DNA from: an uncultured virus (IMG/VR IMGVR_UViG_3300024503_000494)
Lineage: Duplodnaviria; Heunggongvirae; Uroviricota; Caudoviricetes
IMG/VR virus record: IMGVR_UViG_3300024503_000494
Coordinates: 58,914 to 78,913 of that record
DNA: 20,000 nucleotides
Strand: one strand, 5' to 3'
Shown here: positions 1 to 8,823 of the stretch, in pieces
Layout: every line of letters starts with the position of its first letter
Numbering within the stretch: position 1 is the stretch's first letter
Notes under the pieces: model-generated
The model's database searches: none
Seen by the model: the letters and a program-made list of their open reading frames with translations, nothing else
Told to the model about the DNA's origin: nothing
Made by a program: the position numbers and the translations under genes

Positions 1-363
1 CCCGTTGAACAAAGAGTTAATCAAAACTCAAAAATCTTTGTTCTTCGCGACGAAACCACACAAGAACCTCTGGCAGTGACCTGCGTAAAGTTCTTAGAAA
101 AAATTCCTAGTTCTGTGAACGATCTAGCCGAAGCTGCAATTAACACAAATACCGCAGTATTCTATACTATTTGGTCATATGCTGCTGGTGCAGGCCGTAC
201 TCTAATCGAACAGGCTCAAGAGCACATTAAAAAGGAACACCCTGAAGTGGAAACCTATGTTACTCTAAGTCCTAAGACAGAAATGGCCAAGAGATTTCAC
301 TTGAAAAACGGTGCTGAGATTCATAGAGAAAACGAAGATAGTGTAAACTACCTATACCACTAA
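1..363 (+). CDS. Conserved phage protein, possible GNAT-like fold (5'-partial)
   Basis: Frame is open from base 1 to TAA at 361-363. Motifs FYTIWSY..GAGR and TLSPKTEMAKRFHLKNGA resemble an acetyltransferase-like fold. Confidence 0.6.
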   Translation, partial: PVEQRVNQNSKIFVLRDETTQEPLAVTCVKFLEKIPSSVNDLAEAAINTNTAVFYTIWSYAAGAGRTLIEQAQEHIKKEHPEVETYVTLSPKTEMAKRFHLKNGAEIHRENEDSVNYLYH

Positions 364-1355
364 CCAGCGTGGTATCCTCTAGACTGCATAACTTTTTCTA
401 CCCCAGACCGCTTTTTCCAAGGCAGGTTCCATTTTGAAGTCTGTATTTCTTTGATAAAGAATTCTACGGCCTGGGGATTCAATTCACCTTCGACAAGATC
501 CTGGTCAGACAGCCAATCTGGACCAATCAGCTCTGTATGAAATCCTGAGGTAAGATCCAAGGGTTGACCTTTGACCAAGGTGTCTAGAATCTTTTTAACT
601 AGGACATCGTGATTGCACAGGCACATATGATTGTATCTACAGTCTCCGCCCTGGAAATATCCCGAGTGTCCTTGGTCCAGCATTTCATCTAGTTTTTTCT
701 TATCCTTGTATTCGCCCCATTGAATAAAAGATAAATTTCCCTGAGCAAACAACAGATGTTCATATTGATCGCAGCCAACTAGGTCCATATCAAAGCCCGG
801 AATAACTAGAGCACGATTTAGACCTCTTCTGGCAATTTCGTAGGCAATGAGTCCTAGGCGCGATCGCATTGCTAGACTATCAATGTGTGGTCTTTGTATG
901 TGCTTGATAAACAGTTCAATGGCCTTGGCCTGTTCTGAAGATATGTGTTGATCAAGATCCATGATATTCCAGTTACTGATCGTAGGTTCATCTTCAAAGT
1001 ACCAAAATCTTGCTGGACTGGTTAGAATAAAGATCACAATGTCATTGGGATCTATTAAATGAACAACTTTTAGGAATTCATTTAGGGCCCAGTCCTGTGC
1101 AGAACCTACCAATGAATTATTGCGTAACTGTATTACTTCACCTAGCTCAGTGGCCAAGGCGTGACTCAGTTGACGTGTCCATACGCGAATAGGATCGCGA
1201 TCGGGCCACAGCGCAGACCAGCTATCACCAAATATCCATAGTCTGCGAGGATCTTTTTTAGCTTCTGGGTGTGTATGATTCAACTTCTGCCTTCCATTGA
1301 TCCAGCGTTCGCTGCTCTTGTTGAACAGCAAAATCTTGGGCCAATCTCCAGGCAA
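360..1355 (-). CDS. SGNH/GDSL-hydrolase-like phage protein (start uncertain, possibly TTG at 1283)
   Basis: Block-I-like WIFGDSW, then GSAQDW, and C-terminal YNHM. The 5' part overlaps the 1258-1449 ORF, so the true start is likely later. Confidence 0.6.
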   Translation of the reverse strand: MPGDWPKILLFNKSSERWINGRQKLNHTHPEAKKDPRRLWIFGDSWSALWPDRDPIRVWTRQLSHALATELGEVIQLRNNSLVGSAQDWALNEFLKVVHLIDPNDIVIFILTSPARFWYFEDEPTISNWNIMDLDQHISSEQAKAIELFIKHIQRPHIDSLAMRSRLGLIAYEIARRGLNRALVIPGFDMDLVGCDQYEHLLFAQGNLSFIQWGEYKDKKKLDEMLDQGHSGYFQGGDCRYNHMCLCNHDVLVKKILDTLVKGQPLDLTSGFHTELIGPDWLSDQDLVEGELNPQAVEFFIKEIQTSKWNLPWKKRSGVEKVMQSRGYHAG

Positions 1356-1449
1356 GGTCTTCGTTGGTGATTAGACGGCCGTCGATCTGCTGTCTTTCTA
1401 TTCTAATGCGTGTTTTTAAATTTCGGGCCATTACTCTATATGCTATCAC
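1258..1449 (-). CDS. Hypothetical protein, 63 aa
   Basis: GTG start with AGGAG RBS, downstream of TATAAATA (1471-1478). Confidence 0.6.
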   Translation of the reverse strand: MIAYRVMARNLKTRIRIERQQIDGRLITNEDLAWRLAQDFAVQQEQRTLDQWKAEVESYTPRS

Positions 1450-1470
1450 GGGTCGTCTCCTGTAATAGTA

Positions 1471-1478
1471 TATTTATA
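1471..1478 (-). promoter_or_regulatory. T4-type late promoter motif TATAAATA
   Basis: Exact TATAAATA on the minus strand upstream of the 1449 start. Confidence 0.55.
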
Positions 1479-2061
1479 CCCTTGTGGTTGTGTAATTGAA
1501 GATCACACAGATACGCTGTTGATGTTCTTGAGGACGTCCAGTCCAGCGCCAGTGTGTGCCGTCAAAGTCGTACCAAGTACCACCACGGGGTTCTAGACGA
1601 TGCACAATGTTCTCCAAATTCTGGGGTAATTCCCAGTCCTGCATCCAAGAACGTTCACGAAGAATGTCTGTGGTGCCGTCGGAATCCATGGGGAAATAAA
1701 TGCCAGTTTGATGTGGGCCTGTGATGTCAATGTGCGGTTGGCTATTGCCACGATCTCCGGGTAGAGAATTAACTACTCTTATTTTAAAAATTCTACTTAG
1801 GTTTTTGCCCTGATGATCCAAGGCTCGGAATAGGATCATTTGACAGATGTCCATTAGTTCTTCGTTGATCACGGTGTCGTTGTCATAGACCACATTGGTA
1901 TATTGGTGCCAGTCGTATCTGCGAATATCTCGGGCCATTTCTGGAGGAAAAAATCCCCAATTAGTCAATGGGTTGCCGATGCGTTCAGCTAGCCAGCCCC
2001 GGACCTGACCCTCAAAAAGGTCATCAATTTGAGTCAGTTTAGGCAACAGTTCTTCAGTCAT
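1474..2061 (-). CDS. 2OG-Fe(II) oxygenase-like protein
   Basis: HxD (PHID), distal His (DGTHW) and terminal R-x-V-I-F-N strand; AGGAG RBS. Confidence 0.65.
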   Translation of the reverse strand: MTEELLPKLTQIDDLFEGQVRGWLAERIGNPLTNWGFFPPEMARDIRRYDWHQYTNVVYDNDTVINEELMDICQMILFRALDHQGKNLSRIFKIRVVNSLPGDRGNSQPHIDITGPHQTGIYFPMDSDGTTDILRERSWMQDWELPQNLENIVHRLEPRGGTWYDFDGTHWRWTGRPQEHQQRICVIFNYTTTRV

Positions 2062-2117
2062 AGTATCTCCTTGTCACATACTTATCCCATAAACTGGTCA
2101 GTGAATTAAATATTGAT

Positions 2118-2741
2118 ATGCAGACCCTAGGCTTATTTTCCGAACCCGTGACTCGCCAACAGATTTGGCCCGGAACCTGGCAACAGCAGCTTGATCAGAT
2201 TCCCTGTGAATATCAGACCAATCACTGTTACTCCCTGTCCCAGAGAGTTTTGGACACAGTTCCAGATCTACACCAAATAATTGAACAAAGGGTTCAACAG
2301 TGGGCTGAACAGGTTCTGGGCATCACGGATACACTCTACATCACAGAAAGTTGGATCAATGTCTATAATACCGGCGACTCCATACATCAGCACAGCCACC
2401 CTAATTCCATAGTGTCGGGAACTTGGTATTGGTCAACACCCGAAACAGAGATTAGATTTCACAAACAGGGCTTAAACTCATCTACACACTGGACTATGAA
2501 ACTGGATCAAAGGCCCACAGCCTGGTCACAGACAGAAGTCATACTGCCCGTAGAACAAGGTGATCTACTCCTATGGCCCAGTTATCTACAGCACTCAACC
2601 ACAGCACACACCAGCGAAGAACCAAGAAAAACTCTGAGCTTTAATGCAATGCCTAGATCTTGGGGAAGTAATTTCTATAGAGTCGGCGAAGCCGCAGCGC
2701 AAATTCCTGAGCGCGAAGCGCAGCAGCGCAAGATTTTTTAG
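2118..2741 (+). CDS. 2OG-Fe(II) oxygenase, TIGR02466-like
   Basis: ESWINVY..GD..HQHSHPNSIVSGTWY, GDLLLWPSYLQHS and RKTLSFN motifs; TAAATA at 2107-2112 just before the ATG. Confidence 0.85.
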   Translation: MQTLGLFSEPVTRQQIWPGTWQQQLDQIPCEYQTNHCYSLSQRVLDTVPDLHQIIEQRVQQWAEQVLGITDTLYITESWINVYNTGDSIHQHSHPNSIVSGTWYWSTPETEIRFHKQGLNSSTHWTMKLDQRPTAWSQTEVILPVEQGDLLLWPSYLQHSTTAHTSEEPRKTLSFNAMPRSWGSNFYRVGEAAAQIPEREAQQRKIF

Positions 2742-2773
2742 AAGAATTATCTGCGCATATATCCGCAGAAGCC

Positions 2774-3037
2774 CTATCTACAAGAGAATTTAGTCAGTAA
2801 ATCTTGATCAAAGTCTTCGAACAGAGTGCGCATTATACGCGAGTGTTCAGGATACTGTAGAAGCCATTGTGTGGCCAATTTTGGCACTCCAAAAAGCAGC
2901 CAGTAGTCTGTGGGAATAGCAGAGTTATAGGCATCAGTGTGAGCATAACTACGAGGCCAATAGTGTACTGAGTCGCGCCAAGAATTAAGTAAGGTAATCT
3001 GCGACTGGCGAAATGGCTCTAGGTACACAAGTAGCAT
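2774..3037 (-). CDS. Hypothetical protein, 87 aa
   Basis: ORF preceded by TAAATA (3046-3051, minus). Confidence 0.55.
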   Translation of the reverse strand: MLLVYLEPFRQSQITLLNSWRDSVHYWPRSYAHTDAYNSAIPTDYWLLFGVPKLATQWLLQYPEHSRIMRTLFEDFDQDLLTKFSCR

Positions 3038-3099
3038 TACACTAGTATTTACATCAAACCCTTATATCTATGTGAGATCCCAAGGGCAGTTTGCGTCGT

Positions 3100-3300
3100 T
3101 TAAGCCACTGATGTTGATGAGTTATGAATCTGTGCATTGGCGAGACTGAACTTGTGTATAACAGGATCTATGACAAACTCTAGAGTCTGCTTATGAGCTA
3201 GAATGGGATCCGGTTTAAATGACAGATCTAGAGTGGATACATACTGCGCCGTAAACTCAAAGGTTCGGCGCCAATCGGGGTGGGGACTAAATGTCTGCAT
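3100..3300 (-). CDS. Hypothetical protein, 66 aa
   Basis: ATG ORF tightly packed behind 3304-3489. Confidence 0.45.
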   Translation of the reverse strand: MQTFSPHPDWRRTFEFTAQYVSTLDLSFKPDPILAHKQTLEFVIDPVIHKFSLANAQIHNSSTSVA

Positions 3301-3303
3301 ACA

Positions 3304-3489
3304 CTATATATCATCTAGAACACGAAACACTGAAGTAAACCGTAGTAAAAACTCAGTTAATATAGGACTGGAATCAATCCATACACGAGTACGATTTAAG
3401 TGGATTTCGTGACGGAGACTGTGTTGCTCTATAAAAGCAAAGAATTCTCTAAGCTGGGGATCAGAGTTTAGGAGTGCGTACTGTGGCAT
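3304..3489 (-). CDS. Hypothetical protein, 61 aa
   Basis: ATG ORF overlapping the end of the methyltransferase gene. Confidence 0.55.
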   Translation of the reverse strand: MPQYALLNSDPQLREFFAFIEQHSLRHEIHLNRTRVWIDSSPILTEFLLRFTSVFRVLDDI

Positions 3490-3968
3490 ATAACTAGATT
3501 GTTAGTAACAGAGCCAAGAGTAAAGTACTGACTAAGCTGACTTAGCCACCATTCTAGGGGTTCTTGTATAAGATGAAGATTTTGTCCGTTAGGGAATGAA
3601 CTACGTGCAGGCACTGACGATATGTTAACATAGGCTACTTTTAGAGTCAAAGACTGTAGATGTGCCAAGACTGAGTGAATACACTGAGGTTCTATGTGCT
3701 CTAAGACATCTACGCAGACTACGAGATCTCTAGGTTGTGGCAGAGTAGAATAAGCTGGGATTCCGGGATCATAGTTATCCACAGGGACTAGATCGCCGAT
3801 TTTTTTACTGAGCAGAGCTTGTCCACAGCCGTAGTCCAAGATGTGCGCACAGGAGTATTGATGATAAAGCTCTAAGATATGTTCAGAGTAACGATGACCA
3901 ACATCGCCCCAGGGTCTGCGCAGATGTTCTTGAACCAGCATCTGTTGATATTTGGGTGTATAAAGCAT
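3468..3968 (-). CDS. Class I SAM-dependent methyltransferase
   Basis: Motif I ILDYGCGQ and DLVVCVDVLEHIEP. Confidence 0.85.
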   Translation of the reverse strand: MLYTPKYQQMLVQEHLRRPWGDVGHRYSEHILELYHQYSCAHILDYGCGQALLSKKIGDLVPVDNYDPGIPAYSTLPQPRDLVVCVDVLEHIEPQCIHSVLAHLQSLTLKVAYVNISSVPARSSFPNGQNLHLIQEPLEWWLSQLSQYFTLGSVTNNLVICHSTHS

Positions 3969-4130
3969 AGACTAGTATATACTAAGAAAAGGGTTTTAGA
4001 GGTCAAAAATTTGGCCGCGCAAAAAATTTGGGTGGAGTACTTTTCATTTCAGGGTGGTGATTTTAGACCCCATACCGCTAGTAAAACTACTACTATAGTA
4101 TACACACTATACCGGCCACCCCCCACCACC

Positions 4131-4331
4131 TCAGCACCGGTCGGTCATCTCCGGTGTCCTCAGTTCAGGTCTAACCTGACCTCCACAGCGTCGAAGAGCC
4201 TCGCCAGGTTGATTGGGAATCTGATCAAACTTCTGATGATAGGGCCGTGACCAAGCTGCGTCTCTACGATCGTAGGCTGTACAGGCAGCTAGATTAGCTA
4301 GAGCTAAGGCTACGAATAAGCGCACGAACAT
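4131..4331 (-). CDS. Small putative lipoprotein
   Basis: Hydrophobic N-terminus ending in lipobox LAAC. Confidence 0.55.
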   Translation of the reverse strand: MFVRLFVALALANLAACTAYDRRDAAWSRPYHQKFDQIPNQPGEALRRCGGQVRPELRTPEMTDRC

Positions 4332-4521
4332 CTTCAGTGATCTCCATATGTTGATCCATCACAGCAGCGATCATTAGATCGTGTATGACTACAGCATCCT
4401 TTTGATATGCGGGGGGCAGGTTCCGTATAAGCCGCTCAACATCTGCTTGCGATTCACAGCTCCAGATCATGTCTGCGATCTGATGTTGTTGACGATTAAG
4501 TCCGTGTAGTTCTATAGTCAT
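4294..4521 (-). CDS. Hypothetical protein, 75 aa
   Basis: ATGA overlap with the upstream gene. Confidence 0.7.
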   Translation of the reverse strand: MTIELHGLNRQQHQIADMIWSCESQADVERLIRNLPPAYQKDAVVIHDLMIAAVMDQHMEITEDVRALIRSLSSS

Positions 4522-4700
4522 TGCTGAGCCCTCTGGATCATAAGTGTACCTGCATACATTGCACCTAGTCCAGTTACTGCAACAGCTAGGGCCTGTAGCA
4601 GCTCTGTGTTGGTGATGCTATTCTCTACACCACCTGTGCCCAACATAGTGATCACAAGTCCTACTATGACGACAAACATTCCCTGACCTTCTGTAACCAT
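4518..4700 (-). CDS. Small membrane protein, 2 TM
   Basis: Two hydrophobic segments; AGGAGCTG RBS; own promoter. Confidence 0.75.
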   Translation of the reverse strand: MVTEGQGMFVVIVGLVITMLGTGGVENSITNTELLQALAVAVTGLGAMYAGTLMIQRAQQ

Positions 4701-4732
4701 TTTCAGCTCCTAGTTGTTTAGTGTATGTGTAT

Positions 4733-4761
4733 ATTATACGATCGAACTGGCCGTTTGTCAA
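4733..4761 (-). promoter_or_regulatory. sigma70-type early promoter
   Basis: TTGACA-17-TATAAT. Confidence 0.9.
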
Positions 4762-4766
4762 CCAAT

Positions 4767-5003
4767 TTAGGCCACTTCTTTGAACACACGATAGCCACGG
4801 CCCTGAAGCACACGGATCGCGGCCTGTACTTCTTGATAGTTCTTTTCTTCCCAATCCAACATCTCTTTGGCGCCTTTGATGGTGTCTTCATCGCAGGTGT
4901 TACCTGTGGCAAAGTGACGGTAGAAGTAGTAGCGGCCTTCGTCACCCTCGACTGCCTGGATAGAGCCGATGTTCTTGTAGAGTTGAACTTCGTTGTGTTT
5001 CAT
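4767..5003 (-). CDS. Hypothetical protein, 78 aa
   Basis: GGGAGCGC RBS; own promoter. Confidence 0.8.
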   Translation of the reverse strand: MKHNEVQLYKNIGSIQAVEGDEGRYYFYRHFATGNTCDEDTIKGAKEMLDWEEKNYQEVQAAIRVLQGRGYRVFKEVA

Positions 5004-5032
5004 TTGCGCTCCCTATTTGTTAATATGCGTGT

Positions 5033-5061
5033 ATTATACGATCTTTTGGAAGACCTGTCAA
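5033..5061 (-). promoter_or_regulatory. sigma70-type early promoter
   Basis: TTGACA-17-TATAAT; the TGA in the -35 box is the stop codon of the upstream gene. Confidence 0.9.
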
Positions 5062-5318
5062 CCTCTAGGGTTATTGCGCACAAACTGCCACATCTTAAAC
5101 GCTTCCCCACGCAGACCCATTAGAATCCCTTCGTAGTCTGCATAGGAGCAGCAGGCCCAAAGACTCTGAGGACGATAGGTGTAGCTGCCTGAGCCATCGC
5201 CCCAATCATACTCGCGTTCTGTGTTGTGCTGTGTGACGATCCTTTTCGCAGTTGCAGCCAGCTTGTAATACTTCTGCATATGACCCGAACGCTGATCGTA
5301 GACTACCCAACCTGACAC
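5058..5318 (-). CDS. Hypothetical protein, 86 aa
   Basis: GTG start with GGAGG RBS. Confidence 0.7.
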   Translation of the reverse strand: MSGWVVYDQRSGHMQKYYKLAATAKRIVTQHNTEREYDWGDGSGSYTYRPQSLWACCSYADYEGILMGLRGEAFKMWQFVRNNPRG

Positions 5319-5319
5319 A

Positions 5320-5433
5320 TCAACCTCCGAAGACTATGGTTCCCGCAGCAGCGGCCGTGATTAAGATGGCCTGAGCAATGCCAAAGTGGAACAGAGCCCA
5401 GGTAACTGCAATCCATCCGATGAGTTTGATCAT
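5320..5433 (-). CDS. 37-aa membrane peptide (not in ORF track)
   Basis: MIKLIGWIAVTWALFHFGIAQAILITAAAAGTIVFGG; AGGAGCGAA RBS directly after a promoter. Confidence 0.7.
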   Translation of the reverse strand: MIKLIGWIAVTWALFHFGIAQAILITAAAAGTIVFGG

Positions 5434-5460
5434 TGTTCGCTCCTTTGTTTCAGTGTTTAT

Positions 5461-5489
5461 AGTATAGGATCTTTAGCCCAAACTGTCAA
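5461..5489 (-). promoter_or_regulatory. sigma70-type early promoter
   Basis: TTGACA-17-TATACT; -35 overlaps the upstream TGA stop. Confidence 0.85.
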
Positions 5490-5710
5490 CCAAAATAGTG
5501 GAATAACCCTGCGGCGCATACGGATATGCCCGCTAGGTTAACGATCATCTGTGGCTTATTTGCCACACGGTAGCTCCAAGCAAAATAGCACAGGCCACCG
5601 CAGAGTCCCAAGACGATCTGCAGAGGATGCAGAGTGTGGAAGAAGTTCATAACCACATACATTCCTAAGAGGAATGCAGTACCGGACCATTGGAGTAAGT
5701 TGTTTATCAT
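5486..5710 (-). CDS. Small 3-TM membrane protein, probably leaderless
   Basis: Three hydrophobic helices; ATG 6 nt after the -10 box with no SD. Confidence 0.75.
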   Translation of the reverse strand: MINNLLQWSGTAFLLGMYVVMNFFHTLHPLQIVLGLCGGLCYFAWSYRVANKPQMIVNLAGISVCAAGLFHYFG

Positions 5711-5716
5711 ATGTGT

Positions 5717-5745
5717 ATTTTAACAGCCTTTTACCAATCTGTCAA
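5717..5745 (-). promoter_or_regulatory. sigma70-type early promoter
   Basis: TTGACA-17-TAAAAT. Confidence 0.85.
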
Positions 5746-5750
5746 CCATA

Positions 5751-6062
5751 TTAGCCCAGGTGTTTGCAGGCACCTCTAAATGTAAATCCTGGACAGGTAC
5801 AGGTTTTCTCTGCGTCGTTGACTGTGTAAGTTTTGCCGTTTGAGCCTTGGACTGTGCGTGTGTCATTTGATGCCTTTACTTTGAATGGGTTTGGTGTTAC
5901 GGTTTGGAACTTCCGGCCTCGCTTGTCGAAGCCTTTGATTCCTGACTTGAAATAGAATGGCGTAGTTTCCCCTTGCTTGATATAGGCAACCAGCGTTGTG
6001 CCATCGAGTAGGTAAGTGTGGGCAGGAAACTGCCCCCCAGTGGTTTCCTGTAGGGCTTCCAT
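5751..6062 (-). CDS. SWIM-type zinc-finger protein
   Basis: C-terminal YTV...CTCPGFTFRGACKH (CxC-x8-CxH). Confidence 0.8.
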   Translation of the reverse strand: MEALQETTGGQFPAHTYLLDGTTLVAYIKQGETTPFYFKSGIKGFDKRGRKFQTVTPNPFKVKASNDTRTVQGSNGKTYTVNDAEKTCTCPGFTFRGACKHLG

Positions 6063-6244
6063 TACGCTGCCTCTTCAGTGTTCTCTTGTATAAAGTCCAG
6101 CACGTCATCCGCTGAGTTTTCAATTTGTGTGTGGATGTAGTAGCATTCGTCGCTGGCGCCCATTGCTGACTGTACCAATGCGTCTGCTTCCTGCAGTAGT
6201 TCCACAGCCCTGAGCAGTTGCTGGTTTTGCTTGTTTGTTAACAT
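6062..6244 (-). CDS. Hypothetical acidic helical protein, 60 aa
   Basis: AGGAGCGAA RBS; TAATG coupling to the next gene. Confidence 0.75.
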   Translation of the reverse strand: MLTNKQNQQLLRAVELLQEADALVQSAMGASDECYYIHTQIENSADDVLDFIQENTEEAA

Positions 6245-6269
6245 CTTCGCTCCTTGTTAGTATGTGTAT

Positions 6270-6298
6270 ATTGTATGCCCAAACAGCCAATCTGTCAA
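6270..6298 (-). promoter_or_regulatory. sigma70-type early promoter
   Basis: TTGACA-17-TACAAT. Confidence 0.85.
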
Positions 6299-6316
6299 CC
6301 AATTTGTAATAACCCT

Positions 6317-6709
6317 TTAGCTTGTAGGGCTATCCTTGATCATATACTCATTGCCTTCCACTACGGTACAGCGAACATTGCGCAGTGACTCAGCCATACG
6401 ATTGATGAGTTCTTCACGTGAAGTGCCTTGGCCTAGGAACCGATCGTTGTCCTTGCGGAAAGCATAGAGCATTTCACCGTGCTTTTCCACCTTGATTTCG
6501 ATGTGATCTAACTCAGGTTCATCATGCTCAGGTTCAGGGATAGTGAGGCCATTGGCACGAGCCACACGAATCAAATCCTGATTCTTCACGCCCAACTCCT
6601 TGAGGATCATGGAGAAAGCAGTGAGATGAATGCGGGTCGCAGCCCTGTTACCTAGGAACCAACCCAGGGCAAAGAATATAGCTAGTGTGATCCAATCAAT
6701 AAGTTCCAT
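6317..6709 (-). CDS. Membrane-anchored hypothetical protein, 130 aa
   Basis: N-terminal TM helix; AGGAGAGCG RBS. Confidence 0.8.
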   Translation of the reverse strand: MELIDWITLAIFFALGWFLGNRAATRIHLTAFSMILKELGVKNQDLIRVARANGLTIPEPEHDEPELDHIEIKVEKHGEMLYAFRKDNDRFLGQGTSREELINRMAESLRNVRCTVVEGNEYMIKDSPTS

Positions 6710-6728
6710 CGCGCTCTCCTATTGTTTA

Positions 6729-6757
6729 ATTATATATTCAAAAACGCCAGTTGTCAA
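6729..6757 (-). promoter_or_regulatory. sigma70-type early promoter
   Basis: TTGACA-17-TATAAT. Confidence 0.9.
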
Positions 6758-6759
6758 CC

Positions 6760-6794
6760 AAAAAAAACCCTACTGTACGTGTATACAGTAGGGT
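6760..6794 (-). terminator. Intrinsic terminator
   Basis: CCCTACTGTA/TACAGTAGGG stem followed by a T8 run on the minus strand. Confidence 0.8.
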
Positions 6795-6810
6795 GTTAAG
6801 ACCGCCGATA

Positions 6811-6825
6811 CCGGGAGCGAATCGG
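6811..6825 (-). repeat. 15-nt 3'-UTR element CCGATTCGCTCCCGG, copy 1 (anti-RBS candidate)
   Basis: Identical to 12958-12972; complementary to GGAGCGAA. Confidence 0.8.
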
Positions 6826-6827
6826 GT

Positions 6828-7139
6828 TTATTCGGCGATAGCTTCTGTCTTCGCGACAGTAGTCTTACTTACCTTGGCAGCTGTGGCCAAAGGGTTCTTC
6901 TTGACAATGTAAGCAACAGCAGCTTCTACAGCAGCATTGCCCTTGCCAAAGCCAGTTTCGACCATATAGGCACCAATCTCAGCCTTGGTCATTTCACGTG
7001 GAAGATCCACGAGGTTGATGTCAGTGTGACCATTCTTGGCAAGGATCTTGATGCGCATCACGTCATTAGCGAAACGAACCTTGGTCTTACCTGCTTGAGT
7101 GGAAACACCAGCAACCGCAAACTTCTTATCTGTAGCCAT
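6828..7139 (-). CDS. Hypothetical basic Ala/Lys-rich protein, 103 aa
   Basis: AGAGG RBS; own promoter and terminator. Confidence 0.85.
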   Translation of the reverse strand: MATDKKFAVAGVSTQAGKTKVRFANDVMRIKILAKNGHTDINLVDLPREMTKAEIGAYMVETGFGKGNAAVEAAVAYIVKKNPLATAAKVSKTTVAKTEAIAE

Positions 7140-7193
7140 TTAAATTACCTCTTTCTGTGTGTGTTAAAAAATATACCTTTTTGGTATGTTATA

Positions 7194-7222
7194 AATGTAG
7201 CATCAAGTGCCACTTCTGTCAA
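7194..7222 (-). promoter_or_regulatory. sigma70-type promoter (variant -10)
   Basis: TTGACA-17-TACATT; hairpin ATACC-N5-GGTAT in the leader. Confidence 0.65.
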
Positions 7223-7409
7223 CCATTCGGTTGTCCAATTTAGACACTCGAATGGTCACAGACTCTTTCTCGTCTAGGGCGGCGATAAACTCGTCGTCAT
7301 AGACCAGATCCTGAAAGGCCAAATCGAGCATTTCCTCGACCCGGACCTCGTCCGCTGTGCCTGAACCTCCACAGATGACTTCTAATCGATAGTTAAAGGT
7401 TCTCGACAT
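7203..7409 (-). CDS. Hypothetical protein, 68 aa
   Basis: Overlaps the upstream ORF; C-terminus reads through the next promoter's -35 box. Confidence 0.65.
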   Translation of the reverse strand: MSRTFNYRLEVICGGSGTADEVRVEEMLDLAFQDLVYDDEFIAALDEKESVTIRVSKLDNRMVDRSGT

Positions 7410-7707
7410 TTTCCCAAAATTCCTTGCGTAACATAAACATCGTGTAGGCTTCCTTGCTCAGATACAGCGATGATTTCTCTGCATCCCAGGCCCAAACCGG
7501 CTGATGTCCATCGAAGTAAGTGGGCCGGGCGCAGAACAATTCTCCTGAAGGACCAAACTGTTGCCACAGCCAGTTGCGAGCTCGAACCCATTGTGCAATT
7601 CGAGTCTGCTTCTGGCCATGTGGCTGATAGCCTGTGAACTCGACTCTATGACTGAAGCGATCGTGCCCGTCATAGCGTCGGTCCATTTTGACCACAGTCA
7701 TTGTCAT
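7393..7707 (-). CDS. Hypothetical Trp-rich phage protein, 104 aa
   Basis: ATGA coupling to the upstream gene. Confidence 0.75.
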   Translation of the reverse strand: MTMTVVKMDRRYDGHDRFSHRVEFTGYQPHGQKQTRIAQWVRARNWLWQQFGPSGELFCARPTYFDGHQPVWAWDAEKSSLYLSKEAYTMFMLRKEFWENVENL

Positions 7708-8327
7708 AGAGACTTCAACTCCAGGTTCTTGTCAACACCATCTTTGATCCACTCTGTGAGTTCTTCTTCTTCCTCTTCCTGGAACTCACGGATAGCCTCA
7801 GCGATGCAGAACGCTTCGTCTAGTTCTGGGTAATCCCGTTCGATCTCATCAGCAGTCATGCCTTCGAGGCTAAAGTCCTCGCAGTTGCCGTCCTCATATA
7901 CACCAGCAAAAGCCATACCTGATTCATAGAACTGTGCAGAAACTCGGAAGCCTAGTTGCTCTAACTTCTGATAAGCATTCACGGGTGGAGACCATGCTGA
8001 ATCAAAGGTAGTGAACAGCGTCTTACCATCAGGGTGAATATCAGTCTGTCCATCGCCACCTACATCCCATTTGGTTCCCCACTCGCCGACGCAGTAGTCA
8101 TACCAGTTGCTGTAGCCAAACTTTTCAACATTGGACTTCATCTGTGCTTCCAATGCGGCCTGCTTGTCTCCGTCCCCGTAGGAACCAGCCATGGTTTCTG
8201 TGAGTTCTTTGGGCACAGGAATGAACTCCTGCAGGAACTCTCCACGATCCAGTGCTTCTTTGGCACGAGTAATCATTGCTGGATCATCGTGCTCAAGGGT
8301 CAATGTGTTGTTGCACCAATTTGGCAT
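7704..8327 (-). CDS. DUF1281/YubB ferredoxin-like family protein
   Basis: MPNWCNN start after GGAGCGTG RBS; WYDYC..EWGTKWD, FDSAWSPP and FYESGM motifs. Confidence 0.75.
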   Translation of the reverse strand: MPNWCNNTLTLEHDDPAMITRAKEALDRGEFLQEFIPVPKELTETMAGSYGDGDKQAALEAQMKSNVEKFGYSNWYDYCVGEWGTKWDVGGDGQTDIHPDGKTLFTTFDSAWSPPVNAYQKLEQLGFRVSAQFYESGMAFAGVYEDGNCEDFSLEGMTADEIERDYPELDEAFCIAEAIREFQEEEEEELTEWIKDGVDKNLELKSL

Positions 8328-8328
8328 A

Positions 8329-8532
8329 TCACGCTCCTTCTGTTTCAGTATTAGTATTATACAACCGATCTTCGATGTTGTCAACCAAATTCTGTTCCAA
8401 AGTGTCAGCGGAGCGACTCAGAATCTGGGCCATAGTGCGTTCCACCTTAATCCTCTCTGGAAGGCTCATGGGTGTTTCCAAGGCCTTGACGGCTCGTTGA
8501 ATGTATTGAAATTCCGTAGGGGTCATCGCCAA
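8329..8532 (-). CDS. Hypothetical protein, about 65-67 aa
   Basis: Coupled to the upstream gene; last third overlaps the promoter and RBS of the next unit. Confidence 0.55.
   Translation of the reverse strand: MAMTPTEFQYIQRAVKALETPMSLPERIKVERTMAQILSRSADTLEQNLVDNIEDRLYNTNTETEGA
8356..8384 (-). promoter_or_regulatory. sigma70-type early promoter
   Basis: TTGACA-17-TATAAT. Confidence 0.9.
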
Positions 8533-8771
8533 TCCTTCTTGTTACCATCACGCTCGTTGTCGTTGTAGCCGGCCATGTATTCAGCCACTGAAGCCTCGTC
8601 GTTGACCGAGACTCGGGCGCCGGAATCGCCTCCCACTCCACCGTAGTGAGGATCACGTGCCCTACCGTAGTAGGAGTCTGCGGATCCACGATCATACAAG
8701 CAACCATGGGTTCCACGCACGAACTGCCAACCCTTTAGGGCATTTACAACACGCTGTTTTTCTGTTATCAT
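8523..8771 (-). CDS. Hypothetical phage protein, 82 aa
   Basis: AGGAGCGAA RBS; HGCLYDRGSADSYYGR motif. Confidence 0.8.
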   Translation of the reverse strand: MITEKQRVVNALKGWQFVRGTHGCLYDRGSADSYYGRARDPHYGGVGGDSGARVSVNDEASVAEYMAGYNDNERDGNKKDWR

Positions 8772-8794
8772 CGTTCGCTCCTTATCATAGTTCT

Positions 8795-8823
8795 ATTGTA
8801 TGATCAAGCAGCCAATTTGTCAA
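8795..8823 (-). promoter_or_regulatory. sigma70-type early promoter
   Basis: TTGACA-17-TACAAT. Confidence 0.85.

Noticed and set aside
8410..8417. Plus-strand GGAGCGAC as a third anti-RBS element
   Set aside because: It lies inside a coding region without the CCG/CGG arms; chance occurrence cannot be excluded.
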